Positions 1 to 12,618 of a stretch of DNA of 64,000 nucleotides are shown in pieces. Numbering within the stretch: the stretch's first letter is position 1; each line of letters begins with the position of its first letter. Where the stretch lies: NCBI GenBank assembly GCA_964016885.1, contig OZ024751.1:44578001-44642000 (forward strand), written 5' to 3'. The stretch comes from Eledone cirrhosa (taxonomy: Eukaryota). The position numbers were made by a program, and so were the translations under genes. The notes under the pieces are model-generated. The model saw nothing but the letters and a program-made list of their open reading frames with translations. It did not search any database and was not told where the DNA came from.

Positions 1-14
1 TAGGTATATAAATA

Positions 15-88
<74 letters not shown>

Positions 89-434
89 TATACATATATA
101 TATATACATAACACACACAAAAACAAGATGGCGTAGGACAGAACAAAGGAGGGGCACAAAAACAAAGAAAAGAATCCACAGTCACTGAAGAGGTCACAGA
201 ATGTGTGACAAAAGAACTTTCACAATATATAAACAATCATCTAGTTGTGGAACCAACCAACCAATCGGAAATTTATAAATTCCTAAATTTATAAATTTAT
301 TATAATAAATTGAAGTGAAAGCAACTGGTGCCTGTGTTTCTTATTGGCAACATGACCCTCCCAAAGTATAACAATATCGGTTTCAACACACGTTTTCAGA
401 TAAACAATCTTGCTAAACAAATTCAGAAATGAAA

Positions 435-535
<101 letters not shown>

Positions 536-774
536 ATATATATATAAACACACACACAAACACACACACTCTCTCTCTCTCTCTGACACATACGCACTCA
601 CACGCTCTCCCTCTCCTTCATACACACACACACACACTCATACACACACACATACACATCGACCTAGTAACACATAAAACAAAATGTTTAAGGGCCTTCA
701 GGAAATAAACAGATTACCTCAGACATAATAACAAAGCTGTGTGTGTGTTTACGTGTGTGTCCCTGAGTGTGTAT

Positions 775-808
<34 letters not shown>

Positions 809-952
809 ATACGTGTGTATGTGTGTGTGTGTCCGTGTGTGTGAGTGTGTATACGTGAGATACATGTGTGTGTATGTGTCTGTACATATATGTGTAAGAG
901 TGTAGGGTTTATGCATGTCTTGTCTACAGGTGACAAAGTTAGCTCTAAAAAA

Positions 953-1390
953 ATGATGATAACGATAATGATGATAATGATGGTGATGATGATGTTGATG
1001 ATGATGGTGATGGTGATGATGGTGGTGATGATGATGGTGATGATGAGGATGATGATGATAATGATGATGATGATGATAATGATGATGATAATGATGGTGA
1101 TGATGATGATGACGACGATAATGATGATGACGATAATGATGGTGATGATAATGATGGTGATGATAATGATGGTGATGATAATGATGGTGATGATCATGAC
1201 GATAATGATGGTGATGATAATGATGGTGATGATAATGATGGTGATGATAATGATGATAATGATCATGACGATAATGATGGTGATGATAATGATGGTGATG
1301 ATATGATGGTGATGATATGATGGTGATAATATGATGGTGATGATCATGATGATGATAATGATCGTGATGATAATGATGATGACGATGACT
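953..1390. repeat. (ATG)n-type degenerate trinucleotide microsatellite
   Basis: Continuous GAT/GGT/AAT/GAC triplets; explains the poly-Met/poly-Ile ORFs. Confidence 0.95.
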
Positions 1391-2851
1391 ACAAAGATGG
1401 TAGCAGGAAAACAGATAATTAGATCGAATAATACATGATCAGATGACAAAGAACAAAAAATAAAAGGCCAATAACCAATTTAAGATGGATGTGTTTTTCA
1501 ATGGGGTTAGGGTTAGGTTGCGGAAGAATTCTAGGATGTTGAGTCATTCATGCCTTTCTCCTTAACTTAATGGTTTAAATGTTTTAAAAGTATCGTGATT
1601 ATTTCATTGAAAACGTGTTGCAATTTTTGCTCTGAAATTATTTAATTTTTTCTCATCTGCAGAGGAACCTTACTCGATGTTTTTCAACTATTACTTATTG
1701 TGATGGACTATTATTAAGCTCATTTACGTTGGGATGACTACATTTAAAATTTAAAATTTTAGAAACTTAATTACTGGGTGTATAACCGGATTCTGTGAAG
1801 TCTGCTAATTCAATCAACATGGTTGTAATATTGGCAAAGGCGGTGATACTGTTGACGTTTCACAGCTATCATCACTACTAACGTTATTTTTCCAAACTCA
1901 TGAAAGCGTTTGAATATAATTTTGAAAGCAGAAGCAGAGGCTACAGAAAGGAGTTCAGTTTAGATCCTATCAATAAAGTCTTCATACGGTTTAAATTCAC
2001 AGCAAGTCTTCAATATCTGAATGGCTTATGTATATTAGAGAGTTGTTTAGAACCCTGGTGTTGAGTAACATAGATTCATTAGAACATCTGACTGATAAAA
2101 TGACAAGTCAGTCAATCATATTGGTGGCCTCCCCACAGCCCCGACGGACAGAATGGAGAAGGCGTTGCCCCGGAGGACGGCAAGGGAGACGTGTTGGTAA
2201 AGTCATTCCAGCTCGAGAGGCTCACACACGCGTCTGGCCAGCTCAGCGCCTATGGTGGTGTCAGCATAAAGGCACCCAGGAGTCATGACCTGGATGTATC
2301 CTGGTCTTCTTAGAGCATAAGAAGTTAAGTGCTGATACACTTGCATAAGGAGGGGTTTCTTTACAGAAGACCTTCTGCTGTCCAGCTCTTCTGAGAGTTT
2401 TTTCCGACTTTGATTTCTGCTAATTCAATCATCAAGAAAATATACTGAAAATTAAGTCTAATTTCCTCCAGTGAGTTCATATAATTCTAACAGTCTATAT
2501 TTCAATGGAAAAAATTATTGCACAGTTGGAAGTCATCTCATTTATTTGAATAAATCAAATATTGTAAAAAGCTTATGCTATATACATATTTATAAAGAAC
2601 TGCAGCAAGCGGAAATTAGCCACTCAGCTCTTAATACAGACAGTTCCGTAAGTGTGTGTGAAGTTTTAGGAAGGATAAATGTAGTTATATGTGCTGTTAA
2701 CAATATCAAATGTTACGCCTTCAGCTTATAACACTTGCACACACAACCAATTATACATGTACTCTTACATACATACATATATTCATATATGTATATGTGT
2801 AAGTGTATGTATATACTCAGATACTCAGATACACAAACACACACACACACA

Positions 2852-2922
<71 letters not shown>

Positions 2923-2923
2923 G

Positions 2924-3023
<100 letters not shown>

Positions 3024-3029
3024 CATATG

Positions 3030-3123
<94 letters not shown>

Positions 3124-3148
3124 CATATATATACATATACATATATAC

Positions 3149-3304
<156 letters not shown>

Positions 3305-3308
3305 ACAC

Positions 3309-3787
3309 TTGGTAAACACAGACCTACGTCGAGGGCGCTGCTGATCCGCGGTTTTTTTTTATGTAGGATTCGATGTCTCATCGGGTGGGTGTAGAAACTC
3401 AGCCCCTTTCATCACGACACTAGAGCTACACGGGGGCCACCCGCCGATAGGGGCGACGAAAGCCCTCTATAACAGTACAACATTATATGCGTCTGATGTT
3501 GTAACTCCGTCTATAGCAGCATGTGAGAACAGCGTGAAGTTCGATGAGGTGTGACGTGACACCAAGCGAGGAGACGCCACCATCACCCTGCAACGTGTCA
3601 GGCGCACTATTCCTCTTCTCTCTTGTGCCAGATGTAGGGGCTCGCTTTCTCACTGGCTCCGATAATGTCCTTAAAAGGTATTTCTTTTCTTTTGTCGCCA
3701 GTCCAAGACCCCTGAGCAGCGGGTCAACCGTGACCCTCGTTCTGAGATATCCTCGGACACCTATAACTGAAGGATACATGATGCCTC

Positions 3788-3790
<3 letters not shown>
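3309..3790 (-). mobile_element. 3' fragment of an RLE-type non-LTR retrotransposon (HERO/NeSL-like), between (TA)n tracts
   Basis: Minus strand reads YPSVIGVRGY...LLRGLGLATKEKKYLLRTLSE and, after a frameshift, ASEKASPYIWHKREEE*. This resembles the C-terminal end of HERO-type restriction-like endonuclease domains (PVEVG.RG...LSEAAEKAS..IW.KR). A GC-rich putative 3' UTR follows. The left boundary is uncertain. Confidence 0.6.
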
Positions 3791-3864
<74 letters not shown>

Positions 3865-3873
3865 AATATAGAT

Positions 3874-3926
3874 GAGATTCTACAGGACTAGAACTGTTTC
3901 ACTCTTTAGAAATCATCAGGAATCTC
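3874..3926 (-). ncRNA. type I hammerhead ribozyme motif
   Basis: Minus strand: gagattc-CTGATGA-tttctaaagagt-GAAA-cag-ttctagtc-ctg-TA-gaatctc. Intact core, 7-bp stem I, 4-bp stem III, GUA cleavage triplet, weak stem II. Confidence 0.75.
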
Positions 3927-3927
3927 A

Positions 3928-3980
3928 GGGATTCCTGATGATTTCTAAAGAATGAAACAGTTCTAGTCCTGTAGAATCTC
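3928..3980 (+). ncRNA. type I hammerhead ribozyme motif
   Basis: gggattc-CTGATGA-tttctaaagaat-GAAA-cag-ttctagtc-ctg-TA-gaatctc. Stem I 7 bp (one G-U), stem II ttc/gaa, predicted cleavage after 3973. Confidence 0.8.
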
Positions 3981-4061
3981 ATCTATATTAAAACTTTTAT
4001 ACTCTGCAATGTATTGAGTACCTTACTTACTGTGGTTACCTCCGATTCAACCCGGAATAAC

Positions 4062-4120
<59 letters not shown>

Positions 4121-4126
4121 CATATA

Positions 4127-4256
<130 letters not shown>

Positions 4257-4337
4257 CATATATATATATATACACAAACAACAAAACACATACATCCATA
4301 TATATATATATATATATATATGCATACATACATACAT

Positions 4338-4386
<49 letters not shown>

Positions 4387-4707
4387 TACAGACAGACATA
4401 CATACCCACACATATACATACATTCATACATACATGTGATGTAATCTCTTAATACCATATTTACGATAACAGTATTATTGATCTCCAACTGTTTTCATTG
4501 ATATAAACATTAGTTCTGAAGCTGTAACCATCCAACCGAATGGTAACTCTATCCATTTCAAAGCCTGAGAAGAAATACCAGTACCACTGCACGGCAACCA
4601 CTATATAATTATGTAATGCGTTAAAACTTAACCTTTAACCGCGTGTACTACCTGAACCATTATTAGCAAAACATTCTTCAAAAACACATAACAGCACTAT
4701 AACTGCA

Positions 4708-4842
4708 TTAACTTAATATTTCACTTAATATTTAACTTAATATTTAACTTAATATTTCACTTAATATTTAACTTAATATTTAACTTAATATTTAACTTAA
4801 TATTTCACTTAATATTTAACTTAATATTTCACTTAATATTTA
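4708..4842. repeat. 12-bp minisatellite ACTTAATATTT(A/C)
   Basis: About 11 tandem units visible. Confidence 0.9.
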
Positions 4843-5318
4843 GCGACCTTACTCTTATATTGCAAATTTTCACAACGATATTCCCACGAGAAAAGATTCG
4901 ATAAATATTTTAATTAACAAACAAAATGTGACGTCTTTACTCTAATAATGCAACGTATAATATTGTAATACCAAATATGGTATGTTCGATTTCTATGTCA
5001 TGGAGTAATCCAGATTTGAAATTGGACTATTTAGACAGAATTCACTAAATGTCTCGCTCCAGGCGAGGTTTTCTGTGTCGTAACGTGAATTGAATAGCCA
5101 ACTAAATATAGCTATGTAGTTGTGTGCAGAGTAAATCCCCGGATAAACAGGAGAGAAGCCTTCTTTTATTTTAAAAATAAATGTATCTTCATTGTCTTAT
5201 GTATTTCTCATACACGAGAATAGACACACACCTCTGTCTGTCTGTATGTCTGTATGTCTGTCTGTATGTATGTGTATACGTACATGCTTATTTATGCACG
5301 TATATATGTTTATATGTA

Positions 5319-5447
<129 letters not shown>

Positions 5448-5543
5448 CATACATACATATATACATGTACATATATGCATATATACATGTATGTATGTGT
5501 ATACGTACATGCTTATTTATGCACGTATATATGTTTATATGTA

Positions 5544-5601
<58 letters not shown>

Positions 5602-5934
5602 TACATACATATATACATGTACATATATGCATATATACATGTATGTATGAATATAATGCATAAAAAATAGATTTTGTATATACGTGTGCATATGTCTGTC
5701 TGTATATGTGTATGTGTGTGTAAGTGTATGTGTGTAAGTGTGTGTGTATGAGTGGATGGCTATAGTTGTGTGTGAATGCCTGTATAAAAAAAAATCATGC
5801 CCACCGGCAGAACAACAGCGAGACAAACATTAAATAAATTTCAATTAAAAGGAAAAAGAAAATAAATGAAATTTAAAAAAAACATTGTAGTGATTATAGA
5901 CATGAAGCTACTTTAGTGAATGGGCATCACTTTA

Positions 5935-7300
5935 CACATGCACAACACATATACATGGACACACATATACATGGAGACACATATACATGGACACACATAC
6001 TCACACACACCACACATATGCATGGACACACATATACATGGACACACATATACATGGAGACACATACTCACACACCACACATATACATGGACACACATAT
6101 ACATGAACACACATATACATGAACACACATATACATGGATACACATATACATGGACACCCATATACATGGACACACATATACATGGACACACATATACAT
6201 GAACACACATATACATGGACACCCATATACATGGATACACATATACATGGACACATATATACATGGACACACATATACATGGAGACACATACTCACACAC
6301 CACACATATACATGGACACACATATACATGAACACACATATACATGAACACACATATACATGGATACACATATACATGGACACCCATATACATGGACACA
6401 CATATACATGGACACACATATACATGAACACACATATACATGGACACCCATATACATGGATACACATATACATGGACACATATATACATGGACACACATA
6501 TACATAGACACACATATACATGGACACCCATATACATGGACACACATATACATGGACACACATATACATGAACACATATATACATGGACACACATATAAG
6601 TGGACACCCATATACATGGACACACATATACATGGATACACATATACATGGACACACATATACATGGACACCCATATACATGGACACCCATATACATGGA
6701 CACATATATACATGGATACACATATACATGGACACACATATACATGCACAACACATATACATGGACACATATATACATGGACACACATATACATGGACAC
6801 ACATATACATGCATACACATATACAAGGGCACATATATACATGGACACACATATACATGCACAACACATATACATGGACACACATATACATGGACACACA
6901 TATACATGCACAACACATATACATGGACACACATATACATGGACACACATATACATGCACAACACATATACATGGACACACATATACATGGATACACATA
7001 TACATAGACACCCATATACATGGACACCCATATACATGGACACCCATATACATGGACACATATATACATGGACACACATATATATGGACACCCATATACA
7101 TGGACACATATATACATGGACACACATATACATGGACACACATATACATGCACAACACATATACATGGACACATATATACATGGACACACATATACATGC
7201 ACAACACATATACATGGACACACATATACATGGACACACATATACATGCACAACACATATACATGGGCACACATATACATGGACACACATATTCACACAC
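5935..7300. repeat. 16-bp minisatellite GGACACACATATACAT
   Basis: Long tandem array with variants (GCACA, GAACA, CCCAT); source of the MDTHIHGHTYTW ORFs. Confidence 0.95.
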
Positions 7301-7640
7301 CACGCATTGCACACATTTTACATAAGAAATATGTTGTCTATTTTTGTAACATTTTTATGTATCTATCTCTGTTTTGTTTCTTGTCGAATGTCACACGAGA
7401 ATTTTTCTGTCCATTCTTTGTTTTCTTATCCTCATACATGCATCTTACCATCAACAGGTTCTTCAATCTATTGGGAAAACTGGCTTTACAATTGAAATAT
7501 CACATTAATGCACGAAATTGCATGCTGACAGGGTGGCTGATGAGGAAAAGACGTGATAATTTGTTCGTCTTATCTCTTCTAGTGTGGATATTCCGATGCA
7601 TACATACATGCGATGGGGTGAAAAGGCTGGAGTCCCTGAA

Positions 7641-7641
7641 T

Positions 7642-7674
<33 letters not shown>

Positions 7675-7694
7675 TTACTACTACTACTACTACT

Positions 7695-7772
<78 letters not shown>
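7641..7772. repeat. (CTA)n microsatellite
   Basis: Near-pure CTA run. Confidence 0.95.
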
Positions 7773-7779
7773 GATCATG

Positions 7780-7866
7780 GTTTGTCATTTAGGTACAAGG
7801 CCAACAATTTTGGTGGGAGGAGAAAGTCGGTTAAATCGACCCAGCACATTACTGGTACTTTATTTT
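7780..7866 (-). mobile_element. 3' fragment of tRNA-derived SINE
   Basis: aggtacaaggccaacaatttt...ttactggtactttatttt matches the reverse complement of the SINE 3' half seen throughout the window. Confidence 0.75.
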
Positions 7867-7869
7867 AAA

Positions 7870-9210
7870 AATATAACATCCCTTCACCCGAAACTGACAA
7901 CCATGTTCAATCACTGCTTGATGTCAGGTGAGGTACCAGAGTGGTTGACAAAAGGTACCACAGTTCTGGTAATGAAAGACCGAATCAATGGTAATGATGT
8001 TACTAACTATAGACCTATCACATGTCTGTCCGTAATGTGGAAACTGTTGACAAGCATTGTGTCTGAGGAAATCTACCATCACCTCCACACAAACAACTTG
8101 TTACCGCACGAACAGAAAGGATGCCGAAAGAAGTCCCGTGGTACAAATGACCAGTTACTTATTGATAAGATGGTAATGAGGAATTGCAAGAGGAGACACA
8201 CTGGTCTTGCCATGGGATGGATAGACTACAAAAAGGCATTTGACATGGTGCCTCATTCTTGGATCATCAAAAGCCTAGAGATCTTCAAGGTGGAAGATAA
8301 CATCAGACAGTTGTTGAGCAAAAGTATGAAGTCCTGGAAAACAGGGTTAACATCAGCTGGAGAATCCTTGGAAGGCGTGAAGATCAAGAGAGGTATCTTC
8401 CAGGGAGATAGTCTGTCCTCTCTGTTGTTTGTCCTTGCCCTGATGCCCCTGACCATTATACTGCGAAAAGTGAGAGTAGGATACAAGTTGGGAAAGGGAG
8501 AGCTTACCATCAATCACCTCCTCTTCATGGACGATCTTAAGCTCTTCGGGAAGAGTGAGAAGGAGTTGGATGTGCTTGTTGACACTGTCCGTATTTTCAG
8601 CAATGATATATGTATGCAATTTGGTATTAGTAAGTGTGGAGTCCTTGTGATGAAGAGGGGTAAATTGAGCAGAAGCAACGGAATCCAGGTACCAACAGGT
8701 GAGATGATAAAGGAAATTGACACTGAAGAAGGATACAAGTATTTGGGTGTTCTGGAGGCTGATGACATCAAGAACAAAAAAATGAAGGAATTGATAACAT
8801 CTGAATACATTCGGAGAGTAAGGAGCGTATTAAAGCCACATCTGAACAGTAGGAATGCCATAAGTGCAGTAAATTCCCGAGCTGTGTCTATTATTAGGTA
8901 CAGTGCGGGAATTCTGAGATGGAATGTTGCTGAACAAAAAGAAATGGATAGGAAGACTAGGAAGCTATTGACTATCTACAACATGTTCCACAAGAGGAGT
9001 GATGTCGATAGACTCTACTTAAGGAGATCTGAAGGTGGAAGAGGTCTTATCAGCATAGAGGACTGTGTTCAGATGGAGAAAAACAACCTACACAAATACG
9101 TGACTGATAGTAAGGAGCCAATGTTCAGAATTGTACTGAAGGAGAGGACAATAGACCAGGGGATGTCCAAGGAAGAAATAACAACGAGGAGAAAGAACAG
9201 CCTTAAATGA
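7870..9210 (+). pseudogene. reverse transcriptase domain of the R4/Dong-like element (real part of ORF 6520..9210)
   Basis: Only the C-terminal ~445 aa of the 896-aa ORF is RT; no own start codon; premature stop/frameshift near 9200. Confidence 0.88.
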
Positions 9211-9951
9211 AAAATCCTTTCATAGTTCCTTCTTTGAGAAAACTGAATTCAGAGATCCACAGACATGGAACTGGTTCAAAAGAGGAGACATTAAAAAGGC
9301 TACAGAAGGAATGCTAATGGCTGCGCAAGAGCAGGCCCTCAAAACGAAGTGGCTGAAACACCATATTTACAAGGAGGAGGCTAGCCCTGTGCAGGATCTG
9401 TGGAGAGAGAGAGGAGACTGTGGCTCACTATATCCGAGTGTAAACACCTAGCCCAGACTCACTATAAAGGCTGGAGACACGATGTGATGGGCAGGGTGAT
9501 CCACTGGCACCTATGCAAAGTAAACAATTTACCACATTCTGAGAAGTGGTATGAGCATAAGCCAGAGTCGGTGATAGAAAACGATCAGGTTAAGGTGCTG
9601 TGGGATTTTAGGATACAGACGGACAAGAAACTGGAACACAATAGACCTGACCTGGTGGTTTTGGACAAGGAAAAAAGATCGTGCCTGATTGTGGATGTGA
9701 CCTGCCCATTCGACTCGAGAGTGCAAGAGAAGGAGAGGGAGAAAATTAACCGATACCAGGACTTAAAGTGGGAGGTAAAAAGGATTTGGAACTGCCATGA
9801 AGTCAAAGTGGTCCCGATTGTCATAGGCGCACTAAGTACTATCTCAAAAAGTTTCCAGGGATGGTTAAAGAAAAAGGCCCCGCCCCACTTTTTGGAACAC
9901 TTCAAAAGGCATGCTTGCTGGGAACAGCAAGAACCCTCCGATACGTCCTGA
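9211..9951 (+). pseudogene. frameshifted linker, zinc finger and PD-(D/E)XK RLE domain of the R4/Dong-like element
   Basis: EGMLMAAQEQAL, CRICGEREETV, and ORF 9400..9951 with RHD/RPD/D/K motifs lie in different frames. Confidence 0.85.
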
Positions 9952-10036
9952 ATATCTGAGGCTGCAGGTAGTGGCTTGATATTCATTTCAACAAACTTTC
10001 CAGTTAACTAACATCAATGACTGAGACTCAAAGAAC

Positions 10037-10090
<54 letters not shown>

Positions 10091-10769
10091 TAAATAAAAA
10101 AACATCGGCCACTATCTCACACTTCCTCCACAATCTTCCATGAGAAAAGTATTCTCCTTCAGCATACTCATCATCATCATCATCATCATCATCACTACAA
10201 CCACCACCACCACCACTACCATCCCCACTACAACCACTACCACCACCACCACCACAAAAACCACCACCATCACTATGACCACCACTCTAACGTTCTCTAC
10301 CGACAACAAGTCCATTAACATCATCTATCACCACCACCACCACCACCACCACCACTATTAAACAACAACAACAACAACAATAACACCTAAGAACTCAGAC
10401 TAATGAAGAGACGTATACCTTAAAGCTGATTCCCCCTCACCCTCCTCACCCTACACAACACAAATCCTCTTAGTCTGATTTTATTAATGGGAGTCTTTTG
10501 TTTCTTGTCTGTTTTCTTCACACTGGTCAGGTACACGTAGACTTTCGTCTCACTGCTTATACATACACACATACCTACATATATACATATATACATGCCT
10601 ACATGCATATATTCATATATATACATACATATATACATACATACGTACATATATACATACATATATACATGCCTACATGCATATATTCATATATATACAT
10701 ACATACATACACACATACGTACATATATACATACATATATACATGCCTACATGCATATATTCATATACA

Positions 10770-10801
<32 letters not shown>

Positions 10802-10908
10802 CACACACATACATCTATATATATGTATATATATATGTGTGTGTGTGTGTGTGTATATGTATATAAATCTATCTATCTATTGCACTCTCTCTTTCTGTAT
10901 ATATATAT

Positions 10909-10989
<81 letters not shown>

Positions 10990-10995
10990 TATATG

Positions 10996-11122
<127 letters not shown>

Positions 11123-11298
11123 GTGTGTATAAACATATGTATATATATGTGTGTGTGTGTGTGTATCTATATATGAAGAAGATAGAGGAGAGAGGAAAAG
11201 AGAAAATGTAAAAATATAAGAAAGTTTATATATACATGGGAAGATTTAATGTTATGGCTTGCATTGTATAGATTTAGTCGCAAAAGCACCACACACAT

Positions 11299-11406
<108 letters not shown>

Positions 11407-11496
11407 ATGGCGAGCAATACCCGAAACAAATCTAAACTCTATTCTCTGTTTGTGTTCACCGTAATCTTGTTATCTTATATAACTAATTTTACAATC

Positions 11497-11560
11497 AACA
11501 CCTGAAGAAATTGCCCATGATCGGATGATGAAACTGGGCCATTGAAATACGTATAGTGTT
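11497..11560 (+). ncRNA. type I hammerhead ribozyme motif with palindromic stem III
   Basis: aacac-CTGAAGA-aattgccca-(17 nt)-tgggccatt-GAAA-tacgta-TA-gtgtt. Stem I 5/5, stem II 8/9, ATACGTAT palindrome, AUA cleavage triplet. Confidence 0.8.
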
Positions 11561-11612
11561 TTCGCAAAATTATAACTTTAAAGAATGGTTCCACTCTGGC
11601 CTTCTGTTGCTT

Positions 11613-11648
<36 letters not shown>

Positions 11649-11655
11649 CAGACAT

Positions 11656-11740
<85 letters not shown>

Positions 11741-11744
<4 letters not shown>

Positions 11745-11802
11745 GGAAAAAATGAAACGAAATTTCATTTCCTACTCTTAGTACGGCTGTTACTTAAAGT
11801 AG

Positions 11803-11842
<40 letters not shown>

Positions 11843-12262
11843 CAGGCACACATATATATATGTACGTATGGATTCACCGAACATTTATTATAATGCTCGG
11901 TGTGTACATACTTATATTTAAGTAACAGCCGTACTAAGAGTGAGAAATTAAATTTCGTTTCATTTTTTCCGTTTATCGTTTTCGTTACTCCGGCCTATTA
12001 ACTCACTCGATATGCAAATTAGGCTGCTCAGCCGTTAATATGCATAAGGTAAGTATATACTTTCAGACGTTCAACCATCTGGCAGGAAAGTATACGTTGC
12101 TGACGATAGCTAATAAGCTTGAAATTAGTACAGCGTTCCTTTGTCAGTGTTGAACAAATGAGCAACGCTGGTTGCTAGACACTGTACGGCTTAATTCGGG
12201 ATGTTTGTTTACAAACACACCGAGTATTATAATAAATGTTCAGTGAATCCATACGTACATAT
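11741..12262. mobile_element. Penelope-pLTR-like rearranged repeat with nested inverted segments and a hammerhead
   Basis: 11741-11808 is inverted at ~11905-11975; ~11856-11905 is inverted at ~12215-12262; hammerhead at 12094-12136; (TA)n flanks. PLE assignment is inference. Confidence 0.55.
12094..12136 (+). ncRNA. minimal type I hammerhead ribozyme motif
   Basis: acgttg-CTGACGA-t-agct-aata-agct-t-GAAA-ttag-TA-cagcgt. 6-bp stem I, 4-bp stem II, stem III one change from palindromic ACTAGT. Confidence 0.72.
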
Positions 12263-12277
12263 ATATATGTGTGCATG

Positions 12278-12334
<57 letters not shown>

Positions 12335-12375
12335 TACTGTACGTCTGTATACATATATGTATGTACGTATACATA

Positions 12376-12426
<51 letters not shown>

Positions 12427-12427
<1 letters not shown>

Positions 12428-12618
12428 TTATTCCGGGTTCAATCGGGGGTAACCACAGTAAGTAAGGTACTCAATACATAGCAGAGTATAAATGTTTTAA
12501 TATTGAAAAGCTGCTACAGGTCTAGAACTGTTTCATTCGTGAGAAATCATCAGGAGCTTCCTGGTGATTTCCCACGAATGAAACAGTTCTAGTCCTGTAG
12601 AAGCTTTTCTATATTAAT
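12427..12618. mobile_element. palindromic double-hammerhead element (copy 2, opposite orientation to copy 1)
   Basis: Same unique arm and hairpin. The minus-strand motif 12508-12559 has intact CTGATGA/GAAA/GTA. The plus-strand motif 12555-12605 has CTGGTGA with perfect stem I agcttc/gaagct. Confidence 0.85.

Larger units (their letters stand above)
3861..4061. mobile_element. ~200-bp non-autonomous palindromic element carrying two hammerhead ribozymes (copy 1)
   Basis: Near-perfect hairpin 3861-3993 plus a unique arm ending ...GATTCAACCCGGAATAAC. Flanked by (TA)n on both sides. Homologous to 12427-12618 and 38301-38493. Confidence 0.85.
7870..10090 (+). mobile_element. 5'-truncated R4/Dong-clade non-LTR retrotransposon (RT + zinc finger + restriction-like endonuclease), (AAT)n tail
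   Basis: RT motifs NYRPITCL, EQKGC, WIDYKKAFD, GIFQGDSLS, HLLFMDDLKL, YKYLG, LYLRRSEGGRGL. RLE motifs RHD, LWDF.IQTD, RPDLVV, IVDVTCP, EKINRYQDL, VVPIVIGAL. (AAT)n at 10037-10090 fits Dong-type TAA-repeat association. Confidence 0.9.

Noticed and set aside
181-220. Hammerhead-like CTGAAGA-gtcac/gtgac hairpin
   Set aside because: GAAA box, stem III and stem I are missing.
1640-2700. Possible decayed transposase or exon on the minus strand; 16-bp repeat tctgctaattcaatca at ~1801 and ~2416
   Set aside because: No sustained frame or recognisable motif; too weak to call.
6520-9210. 896-aa ORF as a novel repeat-RT fusion protein
   Set aside because: The N-terminal half is a stop-free minisatellite, (CTA)n and an antisense SINE that happen to be in frame with a truncated LINE RT.
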